A stretch of DNA of 64,000 nt, taken from Vicugna vicugna. Taxonomy: Eukaryota. The notes below the pieces were generated by a model that ran no database searches, was not told the DNA's origin, and was given only the letters and a program-made list of their open reading frames with translations. Position numbers and translations under genes: made by a program. Every line of letters starts with the position of its first letter. Position 1 is the stretch's first letter. The DNA is taken from the NCBI GenBank assembly GCA_013265495.1, contig MU057880.1, forward strand, positions 248,001 to 312,000, read 5' to 3'. Shown in pieces: positions 26,071-39,189 of this stretch.

Positions 26071-27589
26071 GGGCAAGAAGCTAAGGATTAATTCCCTGAG
26101 AAAGAGGTCTTGTCCCAGGCCACCAAAACGAGCTATCCTACCTGCATATCCACGTCACACTGACAAGCACTGAATGCCTGCAAAGCAGGGGCACTCAGCT
26201 TAGCAGATCTAGCATAAATGATGAAAATTCAGGTGTGTCAGAAGGCAAAACACTGACAAATGACCATATATATGGCCTCAATTAATATATTTTATACCAC
26301 ATTTAAAGATTTTTTTTCCTACACCCAAATTAGAAAAATATCTGGCACTGATTTCGCCATTGACGAGCCTTAAATCTCCTAAGGAAGGAAATTGGAAAGA
26401 GGCAATGGAGAAAATATTTCTCTCCCCAGATCAAAAAAAAAGGTCCTAATGCTCCTCGTCTCCTCCACGCAAGCGGGAATTAGGAGTTAAATTCAGCTGG
26501 AATAATGATCATGCATCTTAAAAACTGCACCCAGAAATCTGGCTGCTCAAGTCACATAAAATTCATAGAACTCCTTTGCCCTTTTAAGATAACTTGTTTC
26601 TGTCATCAGCTAATCTAATAAAAGGTTTTTGCTCACATTAGGAGTTATTTATATGCTTATTTTATAATTCTAAAACATGTGGCAATAAAGTACATGCATA
26701 ACATAAAATAACTAGGAAATGTTAATAGTTGATTAACCATTAAATTTAAAAAGAGAGCCATGGAACATAGATCTCATCTTAATGCAGTAAATTTAGGGAC
26801 CTCACTCTGTTTCATTTCTTCTTTTTTAACAATAAATCCTTGCTTTGGGCCCTTATATTTAAAGACTGCCGAGCTGAACCTTGCAGGGGTCATAACTTGG
26901 TATTTTAAGGGACTTTTCCTTTGAGGAGGTCAAAGTAGAGGAATTAAATGTTTCACTCACTTAAAAAAGCTAGTCAGTAAAGGAAAAATACACACTGAAA
27001 TCGCAGGAAATTCAAGACCCGTAGTTGAAAGCCATGTACAGGTAATTCAGGGAACAAGATGACATCTGTTTTATACGTGATACTAGGGTTCCCTACAGAT
27101 AACTTCAGGTTTTACAGGGAAAAAAAACCTGAATCTATGCAATATTCAGTCAGATTAATATTCATGCTGTGACATTTGCACCGTGGGAGATACTGCACAA
27201 TTATTCCTGTCCCACCAGCTACGTCTCTCTGACCCTCTTCTACAAACCTCCAAGGAAAACTCTGGCTTGGAGACCCATGACATTCGTCAGCCACTCCCAA
27301 GTGTAGGTCCCGTGGTGATGGGTGAAAACCATAGGGTGCCAATCTCGCACTGAAAAGCTAAGGCTTGTGGTTGATAAATCACTGATACTGTACTTAGATT
27401 TCCTGGCCTCAGCACAATGCTCACTGGGAGTTTATACGACAGTGTTTTCCAACGCTAGATATTGGGTTTGTGTGAGTATGTTCGTCTGTGACATAAGCCA
27501 ATAAGACTTATTCCTGTTCTTTACACCAGCAATCAAGACCACAACCACAGCATCACCGCAGCCTGCTCCCTGGTGCCTAAAATGCACGC

Positions 27590-27780
27590 CTTGACTCTTC
27601 CCGCTTCAGCTCCTCTCTCCACTGTCTCCGCCCTGGTCCAAGCCCCATCACGGCCACCCAGAACTATTGCACCAGCCTCCGCACTGGCTCCTCCCCATCC
27701 TGTTTCTCTCATTATCTGGAAGCCAAATGACACTCTAGCCTTACTGACCTGACAGATGCCGGAAAAAGGCCAACCTCTCT
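27590..27780 (+). mobile_element. L2 fragment
   Basis: ctctctccactgtctccgccctggtccaagccccatca...actattgcaccagcctcc. Confidence 0.55.
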
Positions 27781-29079
27781 GACACTGTGGACACCATTTC
27801 CTGTTTCTGCCCTTCCCTGAATTCCTTTTGAAAAAAATAGCCAATGACCGCAAACAATGACTGGAAGAGCTCAACACACGCTCAGTGGTAAAAAGGGAAC
27901 CCTCTTTCTCCAGGTGACACCAAAATTGCCCTCCCCGTACAAACGTTCTCAATAAGCCATTGGCATTTCACTCAGAGAGACCATACAGGTGGACTGATTT
28001 AGCGGACTGTTTAGACATTTCATTTTTCTTATTGAAAACTAGAAATCTCTGCCAGAAAGGGGTCTCTGCATTTCATGAAATGCAGTCTTAGCAAAGTGTA
28101 ACTCTGCTAAAATAAAGACGGCAACTTGAGACAGCAGTGTATCATCTATTTCATAATGGCTGGGCAATCTTAATGTAAATCTTTGACATTGAAGAAAAGA
28201 AAAAGTATCCCAAGATGTGAAAAAAGTCTCTTTATTTTTTAGGGAAAAAAATGTTTTAATCTTTTTGGTATTCTTTAGGCAGTCAGTATGGAGGGTTTCC
28301 TTTACCAACTATGTTTCATAGTTACAAAGAAAGATTATCACTTTTTTGCTTTGTATTTTTTTAGCTAATCAAATAAGTAGCTAATTTATATTACTTGCCC
28401 CCCACAGACATTTCATTAGCACATTGAAAAGGTGAGAAAATAAGTTATTAATATGCAAAGATGCTTTCCTGAAGCAATTTAGAAGAGTATAGAGAAAAGG
28501 TAACTCTTTCTAGATCTCCGCCGTCACAAAGCTAAAAAATTATATTGAAATTCACCTATTTAACCTTCATAAATGAAGTAACTTGCATAGCTAACATTAA
28601 ATGTTTGATTTAATTTACTCACACAGGTAACTCACTGAGAAGGCATTTAACCTTAAAGTTAATGGTACCAGATCTGTTCTACAGCGGATGTGCCTCCAAT
28701 TGCTTCCTACCGCTCTGCACAAACTAATATTATGTTCCCGTTTTAGTAATATCCGTGGGCAGGAGGGAGACATTATCCTCAATTATAACCTGCGTAACAT
28801 CTTTCTCAACTTCACCTGCCTTCCGCTTCAGGAGCAGTGGGTGAGGAGAGCAGGCAAAGGGCCAGATCACCTCGGAGAGCAGATTCAAGGAGAAACCGCT
28901 CAGAGACGAGCAGGAGTGTCTGTTTCGATTGTGTCTATTTCCTTTTGATCGTCACACGTTGGCCACCTTCAGGATGAGCTGGGGGTTTTTGTTTGTATGT
29001 GGGGGTGGGGGTGGGGGGTTCTAAAGCTAGGAAGTGACCATAGAAGTACTACACATCTGTGGAGAATTTTTAACACACT

Positions 29080-29512
29080 TATTTAATTCACTCATTTAGA
29101 GTGTGCGATTCAGGGTTCTTAGTATATTCACAGATACACAAAACCATCGCTATGCTAAATTTTATTACTTTTGCCTTCCCCTATATTGTCCTTCCTCCAC
29201 CTTCCCTCTCCCCATCAGTAACCACTAGTTTGTTCCCTATGTCTGAGTGTGCTTCTTTGGTGTTGTATTCAATTCTTTGTTGTATTTTTAGATTCCACAT
29301 ATAAGTGACATCATACAGTATGTGTCTTTCTCTGTCTGACTTATTTCACTCAGTATAATGCCCTCCAAATCCATCCATGTTCCTATAAATGGCAAATTTC
29401 ATTCTTTTTTTATAGTTGAGTAGTATTCCATTATATGTTTATATATATATATACACACACACATATATACATGTATATATGTCTTCTTTATCCATTCATC
29501 TGTTGATGGGAA
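29080..29512 (-). mobile_element. L1 3' end fragment
   Basis: tttagattccacatataagtgacatcatacagtat...ctgacttatttcactcagtataatgccctcc...tccattcatctgttgatgg. Confidence 0.88.
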
Positions 29513-29952
29513 CTCGGAAAAGAAGTATATACATTCAACAGAATACTACTCAGCCATAAAAAAGAATAAAAGAATGTCATTTGCAGCAACATGGATGGAC
29601 CTGGAGATTGCCATTCTAAGTGAAGTAAGCCAGAAAGAGAAAGAAAAATACCATAAGATATCATTTATATGTGGAATCTAAAAAAATGAGACAAATGAAC
29701 TTATTTACAAAACAGAAACAGACTTACAGATATAGAAAACAAACTCATGGTTACTAGAGGAGAATGGGGGTGGGGAGGGATAAATTGAGAGTTTAGGAAT
29801 TTGTGGATACTAACTACTGTATACAAAATAGGTAAACAACAAGGTCCCACTGTATTAGCATCTGAATATACAGGTCCCACCTAATACTCAGTACCTTGTA
29901 ATAGCCTATAATGAAAATAATATGAAAAAAATGCATAAAATATATAAAACTA

Positions 29953-30044
29953 AGGGAGAAGGTATAGCTCAGTGGTAGAGTGTGTGCTTAGCATGCACAA
30001 GGTCTTAAGTTCAATCCCCAGTACCTCTATCAAAAAAAAAAAAA
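29953..30044 (+). mobile_element. Camelid SINE head (vic-1-like)
   Basis: gggagaaggtatagctcagtggtagagtgtgtgcttagcatgcacaaggtcttaagttcaatccccagtacctc plus poly-A. Confidence 0.92.
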
Positions 30045-30620
30045 CTTAATTACCTCCCCCCAAAAAAAAATTAAAAATTAAAAAAAAATAAATAAAAAAA
30101 CCTAATTACCTCCCCCCAAAAAAAAATTAAAAATTAAAAAAAAATAAATAAAAAAACCTAATTACCTCCCCCCAAAAAAAAATTAAAAATTAAAAAAAAA
30201 TAAATAAAAAAACCTAATTACCTCCCCCCAAAAAAAAATTAAAAATTAAAAAAAAATAAATAAAAAAACCTAATTACCTCCCCCCAAAAAAAAATTAAAA
30301 ATTAAAAAAAAATAAATAAAAAAACCTAATTACCTCCCCCCAAAAAAAAATTAAAAATTAAAAAAAAATAAATAAAAAAACCTAATTACCTCCCCCCAAA
30401 AAAAAATTAAAAATTAAAAAAAAATAAATAAAAAAACCTAATTACCTCCCCCCAAAAAAAAATTAAAAATTAAAAAAAAATAAATAAAAAAACCTAATTA
30501 CCTCCCCCCAAAAAAAAATTTAAAATTAAAAAAAAAAAAAAAACTTAATTACCTCCCCCCAAAAATAAATTTAAAATTAAAAATAAATAAATAAATAAAC
30601 CTAATTACCTCCCCCCAAAG
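30045..30620 (+). repeat. 56-bp minisatellite with 11 core copies
   Basis: Core tacctcccccc starts at 30051, 30107, 30163, 30219, 30275, 30331, 30387, 30443, 30499, 30550 and 30606. Confidence 0.97.
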
Positions 30621-32608
30621 AAACACACATAAAACATATATATAACTACATCACTATGTTGTACACCAGAAATTAACACAACATTGTAAACCAACTATAC
30701 TTCAATTAAAAAATTTTTTTTAATCAGTAAAAGTCTCTTTAACTCTTATCACAATGAAACAAAGATAATCAAAATTATTTTTTGAGAAAAAATTCAGGAA
30801 TGCCCTTCTGAAAACAACTGTGAGAGTTGCTCATGGAAATCCTCCTTTCTGCAGAATTCTAAAGGCTTGTCAGCACTCATGCCTTGTTCTCTTAGAATGA
30901 GACATCACTGGGTAACTTCCCTAGAAAATATAGGTAAAGACTCACAGTCCTTGCCCAAGGTCTAGATGGAGTTAGCCCAGGACCCCCTCAATATCAAGTT
31001 GTAGACCTTCTTGGGTCATAATTACTGCATTTTTCCACATAGGGAGTTCTTTCCTAACATATGGTCTGACCCTGGGATAGAACATCTTAAATGGAGCCAC
31101 TTAGAAAATTGGGGACATAAAACAAAAGAATTTTTTAATGTCAGATTTAAAAGTTGATGTGAAATTAAATATTCGTAGTTTTTTTCTTCTGTTTTCTTTG
31201 AGGCTGATTTTTAAGTTTTGTGTTTGTTTGTTTGTTTGTTTGTTTGTTTTAACATGGAGTATCTTTAGTTATTGGTCGGAGGAAAAATCTTCAGTCCTAA
31301 CACAAAGAGCCATGGACTGTTCCCCAAGGTTAAGACACAGGAGAGGTGGGATGGGCCAGAAGAGGCAAGAGTTGGCAGCAAAGAGAAATGTGAATGAGGC
31401 AGGTGCGTGATTATGTCAATACTGGGTAGGGCCCAGAGACGAAGGGTGGGAAATAAAATGTGACCCTAATTACTACTAAAAAATTATCACCAAACTACGT
31501 GGCTATTTTTGAAATGTAAAATTATCTCCAGTCCAACAGGACTGCAAGATATATTTTATCATAATTGAAAATAGATTGTTTTTAAATGCCTCCTGCAATG
31601 GCAATGCAGGGCAAGCCAGGAGTGCATTTAGTGAGACATAACACATTTAACTACACAAGAGAGAGACTGTTAAAAAGAAAAACTCAGCCAGAGAGATTAA
31701 TTCTCCACATTTACATTTTTCTGGTCACAAAACATTTTCCCTCTGATACAAAATCTTTTTCCTCATACACTCACCCTGGGCACAGCATACTCCTTCGCCC
31801 TTCTTCTTCTTTTCTTTTTATTTTTTTTTTTTTTTCCCTTCCAGCTCACAGTTTGACTTTGGTTTGCTGTCATTAGCATCACCTGCAGGAAATCATCATC
31901 TTCACTTGTCCAGTTACAGACAACATAAAAATGCCATGTTTCTTATTTCCACACCAGACTTGACAGGACTTGACTCTAAATCACAGAAGCTACTTGTCAG
32001 TTTCTATGACTTAAAGTTAATTTTCATTCAGCTTTCTCTTCTTTTTATTTCACCTTTCTTATGGGTAATGACCAGAGTGAAAATGATGGTTTAAGAGCTT
32101 CTCCCCCACAGACCCCTACCTTCCTCACCACGGATTTACAGCACACTTTTCCCCAGGGAAATTTTTGTATATCTCCCCTCCAGTCAATGGTAAAAAAGTC
32201 TTTTTTTAAAAAAAAAAAAGTATAGCTACTTTCTTACACCCTTTAGGGACAAGTTCCTTCCCTTACACCACAGTGGAGAACAGTTACCACCATCAATGAA
32301 GAAAACGGAACATTTGGTGTCCTACGAAGGAACTCAGGGTGACGACTGCTACTCATTTCCTTCTGCTGATGTCAAAACCAGCTTATAGACACACAGACAC
32401 AAAGTCAACTACCTCTGTGACTGCAATCAAGGTAGATATATGACAGCACTAGCAAATTAGGGAAATAAGAGGTCACTCTCCTTTCAATTTGAAGAAAAAC
32501 ATTATAGTAAAGATGAGACAGCTAAGTAACTTAAAATTTCATTGAATTGAAGTTGCGTTTTTATCCTTATTTTCTGCATAAAAGAAGCAACAATGAAAAT
32601 ATTGGGTA

Positions 32609-32792
32609 CTATGTATAAAATAGATAATAAGGACCTACTATTTAAACTATACTCACTTTCTTGTAATAAGCTATAGTGGAAAAGAATATGAAATATATAT
32701 ATGCATATGTATAACTGAATCAGTGTGATGTACACCTGAAACTAACATTGTAAGTCAACTACACTTCAATAAAGAAATAAATTTTTTTTAAA
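32609..32792 (+). mobile_element. Short L1 3' tail with TSD
   Basis: Flanked by aatgaaaatattgggta / aatgaaatattgggta; internal tataaaatagataataaggacctac...cattgtaagtcaactacacttcaataaa. Confidence 0.88.
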
Positions 32793-33651
32793 AATGAAAT
32801 ATTGGGTAACTACTCCAAGCAGAAAATAAGCTAATAGAAAAGTTTATTTTGTTCAATGCATGTTATCTTGGCCTCCCTTGAGATCACTGGCTTTTTTTTC
32901 AGACTTTCCATTTTCCTTTTTGGGGGGTGGGAGGGTGGGGGTTAAAGATTTAAAAATTCTAAGATTTTAAAATGTCTGACTTGCAGGACACACTTCTAGA
33001 TTTCCATGGGAACCAGGATTCACGTTGAAATATAAGATAATATTCTAACCAATGTTCCGAAACACCTCCAGGGCTCCTGTGTAGCGCTGTTCAAGCCATC
33101 ATTATGGAGCTTTTGTAGGTGAATTTCAGAGCTCCTCTGGATTACTTGAAAATGTGTCTTGAAGATAAAACGTCTTTCATTGCCAATGTCTCCTGCCTTT
33201 ATATACTTATCTTTGATCTTCTCTGTTTCTATGTTACTTTCTTTAAGAAAAAAAATATATATATGCCATCGCAATTTAGACTCCAGGAATTTACTCCCAA
33301 TTCAATTTATGCTACCCTAAAATCTAAACTCCAGTCATTTTTTTTAAATCCAGGGAAAAAATTTCATCAGAGGTAGTAATGTATCAGTCCCCAAGGCTAT
33401 CTCAACTATAAATGGTCTTTATCATTTATTGATTAATTGAAACCTCTTCACCCAAAATCACTGATTTGCACAATTTCTTTTTAATGCTAGTTGCTATGTT
33501 GGGAATACCAGCATGCACTGATTTAGAGGAAATATCCAAAACCATTTTCCTGAGAGTAGAGGGAAGTCCCTATATTGTATGTGAGACTTAATCCCACATC
33601 GTGCTACAGTGTTTGATACGAATCTCCTGTCTTAAAGGAGCCTTTGTTTTT

Positions 33652-34180
33652 CACTGTGGTAGCCAACATGTGTCTACTGAGCAGTAGAAATATGGCCAAG
33701 CAGAGTTGGGATGTGCCTTAAATGTAAAACACACATTAGATTTTAAAGACGTAGTATGCATTCACACAAGAAAGGGAAAAAAAGGTAAATAGATGAGATA
33801 GTAGATGTGTTTTAATTTATATGAGATGGTGGATGTGTTTTAATTAACTCAATGTGGGGGAGTCCTTTCACAATTTTCACATATATCAAATCATCACGTT
33901 GTACATTTTAAATCTCTTACAATTTTATTTGTCAATTATACCTCAATAAAGCTAAAACTTTTTTGATTTAGCATACAAAAAGAATGTAAAATATCCCATC
34001 AATACTTTTTATATAAACTGTATGTTAAAATGATAAAATTATGGATGTATTTAGTTAAATAAAATGTATTATCAAAATTGATTGTAACTTTTTTTTTTAC
34101 TTTTTTGATATGGCTACAAAAAACTTTAAATTATGTACTTGGCATATATTTTGCTGATGTAGATATATCATATTAATAGC
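33652..34180 (-). mobile_element. MER33 (hAT-Charlie) interrupted by an L1MA-like 3' tail at ~33760-33960
   Basis: acatgtgtctactgagcagtagaaatatggcc...tgtaaaacacacattagattttaaagac / aaaaagaatgtaaaatatcccatcaat...; the insert ends ttgtcaattatacctcaataaagct. Confidence 0.75.
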
Positions 34181-35009
34181 ACTGTTACATATTTTAATGG
34201 TATCATACAAGGGTTAGGATCATTGTTCTTTACTTCATCCCAGGGACAAACACATGTAGCCTTAGTCTCTGGCATAAAATAGGTGTTCAGTAAAGACTTT
34301 TTAAATAAAATAACAAACAAAAATTGAAAACAATTTCTCAGCTTCCAGGTATATTTTCTCCCAGGAAACCACAATGTTTCATAACCATGCAGAAATGAAC
34401 AATTTGCATATTTGAGACCTAGAGGAAGGCAAATACTAAGAAAGATAAATTTGGAAAGTGAAGAAATTGTGCTTAAAACAAAGAGTAAGTATTGGTTGTA
34501 GTTGCAAAACCAAAGGCAAAGACGGGAGAGATATTTACAAGGTGTAGTGAATGTGACAAAGAACATATCTGTATTATTCACAAGGGAATAACAAGGTATA
34601 TGAAAGATCAACATAATTTATGTGAAATTTGGGCCACTTATTTCAAGAGTAATTTGTGCAAAGTCATAATTCAAATAAGTTAAAACAATTGACTAATAGG
34701 TTTAATAGATTCTGAAAAGTATAAAAAGAAAAATTGGTTTTAAAATGTACAGTAATGGTTACTTGTGGCACCATATCTAAGCTGGCTATAAATGCTAACT
34801 ATGCAAAGTTCACTTTTGTTAATACCCATCAGTTTTATCAGGTATTAGAAATAAGTTGAAAGTGAAGTATTTAACATACAGGGAAATTCTAAATGGTGGA
34901 AAACAAGCTAGGTAATTTGCAAAATTTGCAAAATATTTAGTAAGGGATAAATCTCTCAAGTTACTTTTGATTGTGAGTTAATAGGACACGAAATACCTAG
35001 AATGCAGCA

Positions 35010-35470
35010 ATGGTATTACTAGTTGACAGGTAGAGTACTTAACATATGCTGGGCACTGTCTTAAGAAATTTACATAAATTAACTCATTTAATTTTCACAA
35101 GAATTTCATGATTATCTATGTTTTATAAATAAGAAGAGTGAAACAAGAGACCAACTAACTTGTGTGTCCAAGATCACACAGGTGACTGGCATAGCCTGAA
35201 TACAAACCCAGCAGTCTGGTGTCAGTACCCTTGCTTCTAATCACTCTGCTATGCATTTATGAGAACTTGTCATGCAATAGACGATTCAAATTATTTATTT
35301 AATCTTTATGCAATCCTATAGGAAGGTGCAACTACTACCAGTTTAAAAAATTACAGGATCAGGACTCAGAGAAGTTAAGCCACTTGTCCAAATTGAGCCA
35401 CTAGTAAATATCAGAAGCAAGATTTCAATCCAGACTCATCTGACTCCAAAACTTCTTCCTCTACCAGCCA
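35010..35470 (-). mobile_element. Two adjacent MIR fragments
   Basis: aactcatttaattttcacaa...ccaagatcacacag, and ggactcagagaagttaagccacttgtccaa...tctgactccaaa. Confidence 0.65.
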
Positions 35471-37613
35471 CATGGTGCTGAACATATAGAGCCTACAAGT
35501 GCCTTTGAACAAACCTCTTGTCTCTGAGTATCTATTCATTGCACAGCTCGGTCAAAGCAGATCAAGATTATTTGTACCAAGCATTCTGAAGCACCTTCTC
35601 TTTTGAAAATAGAACAATATCCAATCTGGTAAAAACTGGTTATTTTCTCGTAAATATTTACTCTGAAACTGCACAGACCTTTACTCTGCTGTTTACTATA
35701 TGTTTTTATTTTTAAATCTTACAGTATCTGCCAAAATAGATAAAAAGCAGCAAACAATGCTGTGAACGCTAGGTACAAGGATAGAGCGTCAGGACCCTGG
35801 AGAGCTCCACCGAGCTTCTGCTCATCGCTGCCCCCCACCACACACACACACAAAAGGCTGGATTTTGAGACAGCATCTGCAAACTGCAGAAAGCTCTTCT
35901 TCCAAACAAAGGAAATCTTCTGCGTTTACTTGAACCTCACCCACAAATACATAATAAGTCCCAAAGGTCAGTGAATAGTTAAAACAGAGAGGTACATGGT
36001 CAACTTTTTCTTTTTTGTCCTTTAAGAAATAAAATGAGGGGAAAGTGAAGGAAGGTTAGTGCTAATTGTGCTGAAGAATTAGATTGCAGGAAAGTTAGAA
36101 ATGAAAAGTTATGCTTTCCCTAGAAACTATAACTTGGCATAGTCTATATAAGGGCATAAATATAACAGCAAACACAGTACATAAAACACTATCGTGTGTG
36201 CAAGGAACGAATAACAATAGCTGAGAGGATCATAATTTTGACTTTGTTGACTTTTATGAGTTTCAAACCTCAGCCACCATGTTGCATTAACACATACAAG
36301 TTTTTCAACCAACCTTGACTTAGTTTTTACCTCTCTCTATGCAATTGTCTTCTGGTTTTTCTTGGCACTACATAGGCAAACGCAGTAACATTTGAACACG
36401 GACCTTCCACATCTGATTCTGATTCAAGTCTTAACCTTTATGGGAAAAATAGGAGAAGTGAGTATTTTATCCTGGGCCTCATTAAACAAAGGAAAAAGTG
36501 AAGGCAAAGCTTTCAGCTGTGCATGATTGTTAAACAGTCGGGGGGATGCAGAAACTGCTGAATAAAACAAGTCACGCGTTGGGCCAGAAAGAAAGCTGAA
36601 GCAATCGTTTAAACCTGCACACTGCTGTTTTTTATTTAATGCTGAGGGGTGTTTACAATGCTGTGATTTCTGGAGAAAGGTTAATCCAGATGAGTAAAAG
36701 AGTAGCAGTAAACGAGACCGTTTCACACCAGCTCTTTGCAGTGAATATTTTAGTAACCGTTGTGAATCCAAGTCAGCGGTGCAACCATGAAATGAAACAG
36801 AAAAGAAAGCAAATACTACCCTAAAGAATGAATTTTGATTTAAAGTAGAGGCAGAGGCATTTTCATTGCCCTCTGCCGTAGTGATGATGGGGTTGGGAAA
36901 CAGTTTTCATCAGAGTCAAGTGCTCTTTCTGACCTTCTGTATTCTCAACTCACCATCCTATTTGTGAACTTTAGAGGTAGGGAGGAATAAAACCCTCCAC
37001 TCATTCTCCTTCCAGCTCTCATTTTGTTTCTTTTCCCCCCAGAGCTTCAAACTATAGTAGCAATTCTCTCCTTGGAGAGCCTTCCCTGACCTCTGCATCA
37101 AGTTATGTCAAAAACTATTCAATATTCTAAGCAGCTCCACCAGGGTACATGTTCTTGTCTTATTTCCTTCCCTGGAAAGTATCTGTATTGATCTCTCCAA
37201 AACCTTGAGACCAAAAGAAAATAGCAGGAGAGGCATTCTATAGGGGGAAATGCAGATTTGTACTGTCCCCTCCATTTTTTTCTTTCTTCCCAGAATATCA
37301 GTGCAGACAGAGCAATATTGGAAATTCAACATTAGTTTCTTTCTTCCTTCTTCCCCAAGGCTATGTTAATAGCAACCATCTATGTTCCTGTCTTCAGAAC
37401 TTCAGGACCAAAGATCAATCAGTCATTGTTTTGACTTTTCCTTTGAAAGAACCACCACCCAACCCAGAAGATGTAAATTTACCCCTAGGTTGTTCAGGAC
37501 TTCTGTCAATAATCTCTTCAGCAATTCAAATTTGTTTAAGTTCAGTGGTTTTTGGGGGGTTTTTTGTTTTTCATTTTTTGGCTTTTTTGTGCCCAGTTCA
37601 TGATTTTGAACTC

Positions 37614-38025
37614 TGTTAAAGAACAAATTACTCAGACACTTGTTAAAGATGGTAAGACAGACTTTATTCAAGGAGGGCCACTACACTGGGGTTTTGTAAT
37701 AGAGGAGAGAGATTAAGCTCAACTCAGAAGACAGCAAGGATAAGTGGAGAATAAAGCCATGGACCAGAGTGGGGGTCAGTGGGTGGAAAACTACTAACAG
37801 GAAATATCAAGGCTAGGGGAATTCTGGCTAAGCTGACTTGACAGGATTTTTGCTGAAGCAAGGTAAGGACAATAGGATATCAAGGGTGGTGCCTGGAAAT
37901 TTGATCAGATCATCAAGGATGGAGGATTTTTGATAAAATGACCCAGCAGGATTCTTCTAAAACTTGACTAAATGGGCCAAGGACAGAGCCCAAGAGCAAG
38001 TCAAAGTGAGCCCAAGAGTCTTCAG
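37614..38025 (-). mobile_element. ERV1-class solo LTR, MER31-like
   Basis: tgttaaagaacaaattactcagacacttgttaaagatggtaagacagactttattcaagg...ccaaggacagagcccaag; parallels 25189-25631. Confidence 0.7.
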
Positions 38026-38552
38026 CAATTCACTTTTTAAAATTAACTGCATATTTTTAGAAAAGAAGAGGAGGAAAATACAGCATGTTCAACATGACAC
38101 ACTACTCTGATGGTAACATACACTGTAAACAAGTGTGTTTCTGATACTGCAACTTTTATATCCATGATTATTTTCAGAACAAATTTTGTTGCTTAACACA
38201 TTCCAGTCTCTCCTACATAAAGCAATGCCAAAATGCCAGGAAAAGAAACAAATCCCCTAAGCAAACTGGATACTTGGCTTATCATCTGAATGCTAAACTA
38301 ACCAAAGCTTACGCTTATGAAGTGTTTTATATTTTAAGTTATTTTCACATAAGACTATTACTGAATTAGTCCCACAGGCTGAGGCTCTCTGCCTGGGCAG
38401 CGGGGGTTTCCATTCAGTTCAAGTAGGTGAATAAGGAAACTAAAGCTGAAACTGACACAGCACAAGCTTTATTCAATGGCCAAAGGATGAAGAAGTCGGA
38501 GCTAAGTTCACAGATCCATCTCTCGGAGATGGATTTAATTTTAAAGAGTAAA

Positions 38553-38877
38553 AAACAAAAACAAAAACAAACAAAAACAAAGCATAAATACAGGACAGAA
38601 ATAGACTCATGGACAGAGAATACAGACTTGTGGTTACCAGGGGGGTAGAGGGTGGGAAGGGATAGACTGGGATTTCAAAATTGTAGAATAGATAAACAAG
38701 ATTACACTGTATAGCACAGGGAAATATACACAAAATGTTATGATAAATCACAGAGAAAAAAATGTGACAATGAGTGTGTATATGTCCATGAATGACTGAA
38801 AAATTGTGCTGAACACTGGAATTTGACACAACATTGTAAAATGATTATAAATCAATAAAAAATGTTAAAAAAAAAAT
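38553..38877 (+). mobile_element. Young camelid-type L1 3' tail
   Basis: TSD aaagagtaaa on both sides; clean AATAAA and poly-A. Confidence 0.92.
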
Positions 38878-39189
38878 AAAGAGTAAAGACAAAGGAGGAG
38901 GAGTGAGGCTAATGACAGAGAGGCATGTGCATGAGTCTACAGGGAAGGGGCAGGGCTTTCTCCAAGGGAGTGGGGTGCCACCCCCTTTTTATCCTTTTTT
39001 TGGTCCTTAATGTCTGTCTGATCATGGCTATCGGTAGGTATGTCATTGAATATACTAATGTAGTAAAATCAACGTATAATGAGACTCAGGGTCTGTAGGA
39101 GATCAGATTGTTTGCCATCTTGGTCGCAGCTGGTTCCATCTGGGTTGGTTGGTTTGTTTGTTTGTAGCTTTCTTTCTTATCTCTGGACC

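Larger units (their letters stand above)
29525..30722 (+). mobile_element. L1 3' end interrupted by a SINE and minisatellite (29953-30625)
   Basis: gaatactactcagccataaaaaag...gcaacatggatggacctggag...; resumes at ~30627 (tataactacatcactatgttgtacaccagaaattaacacaacattgtaaaccaactatacttcaa). Confidence 0.9.

Noticed and set aside
29953..30030. tRNA-Ala gene (also at 7246, 21052, 59367)
   Set aside because: Diverged stems, poly-A tails and TSDs show these are tRNA-derived SINEs.
30045..30620. CRISPR-like array
   Set aside because: The sequence between repeats is identical A-rich filler rather than unique spacers; mammalian context and no cas genes.
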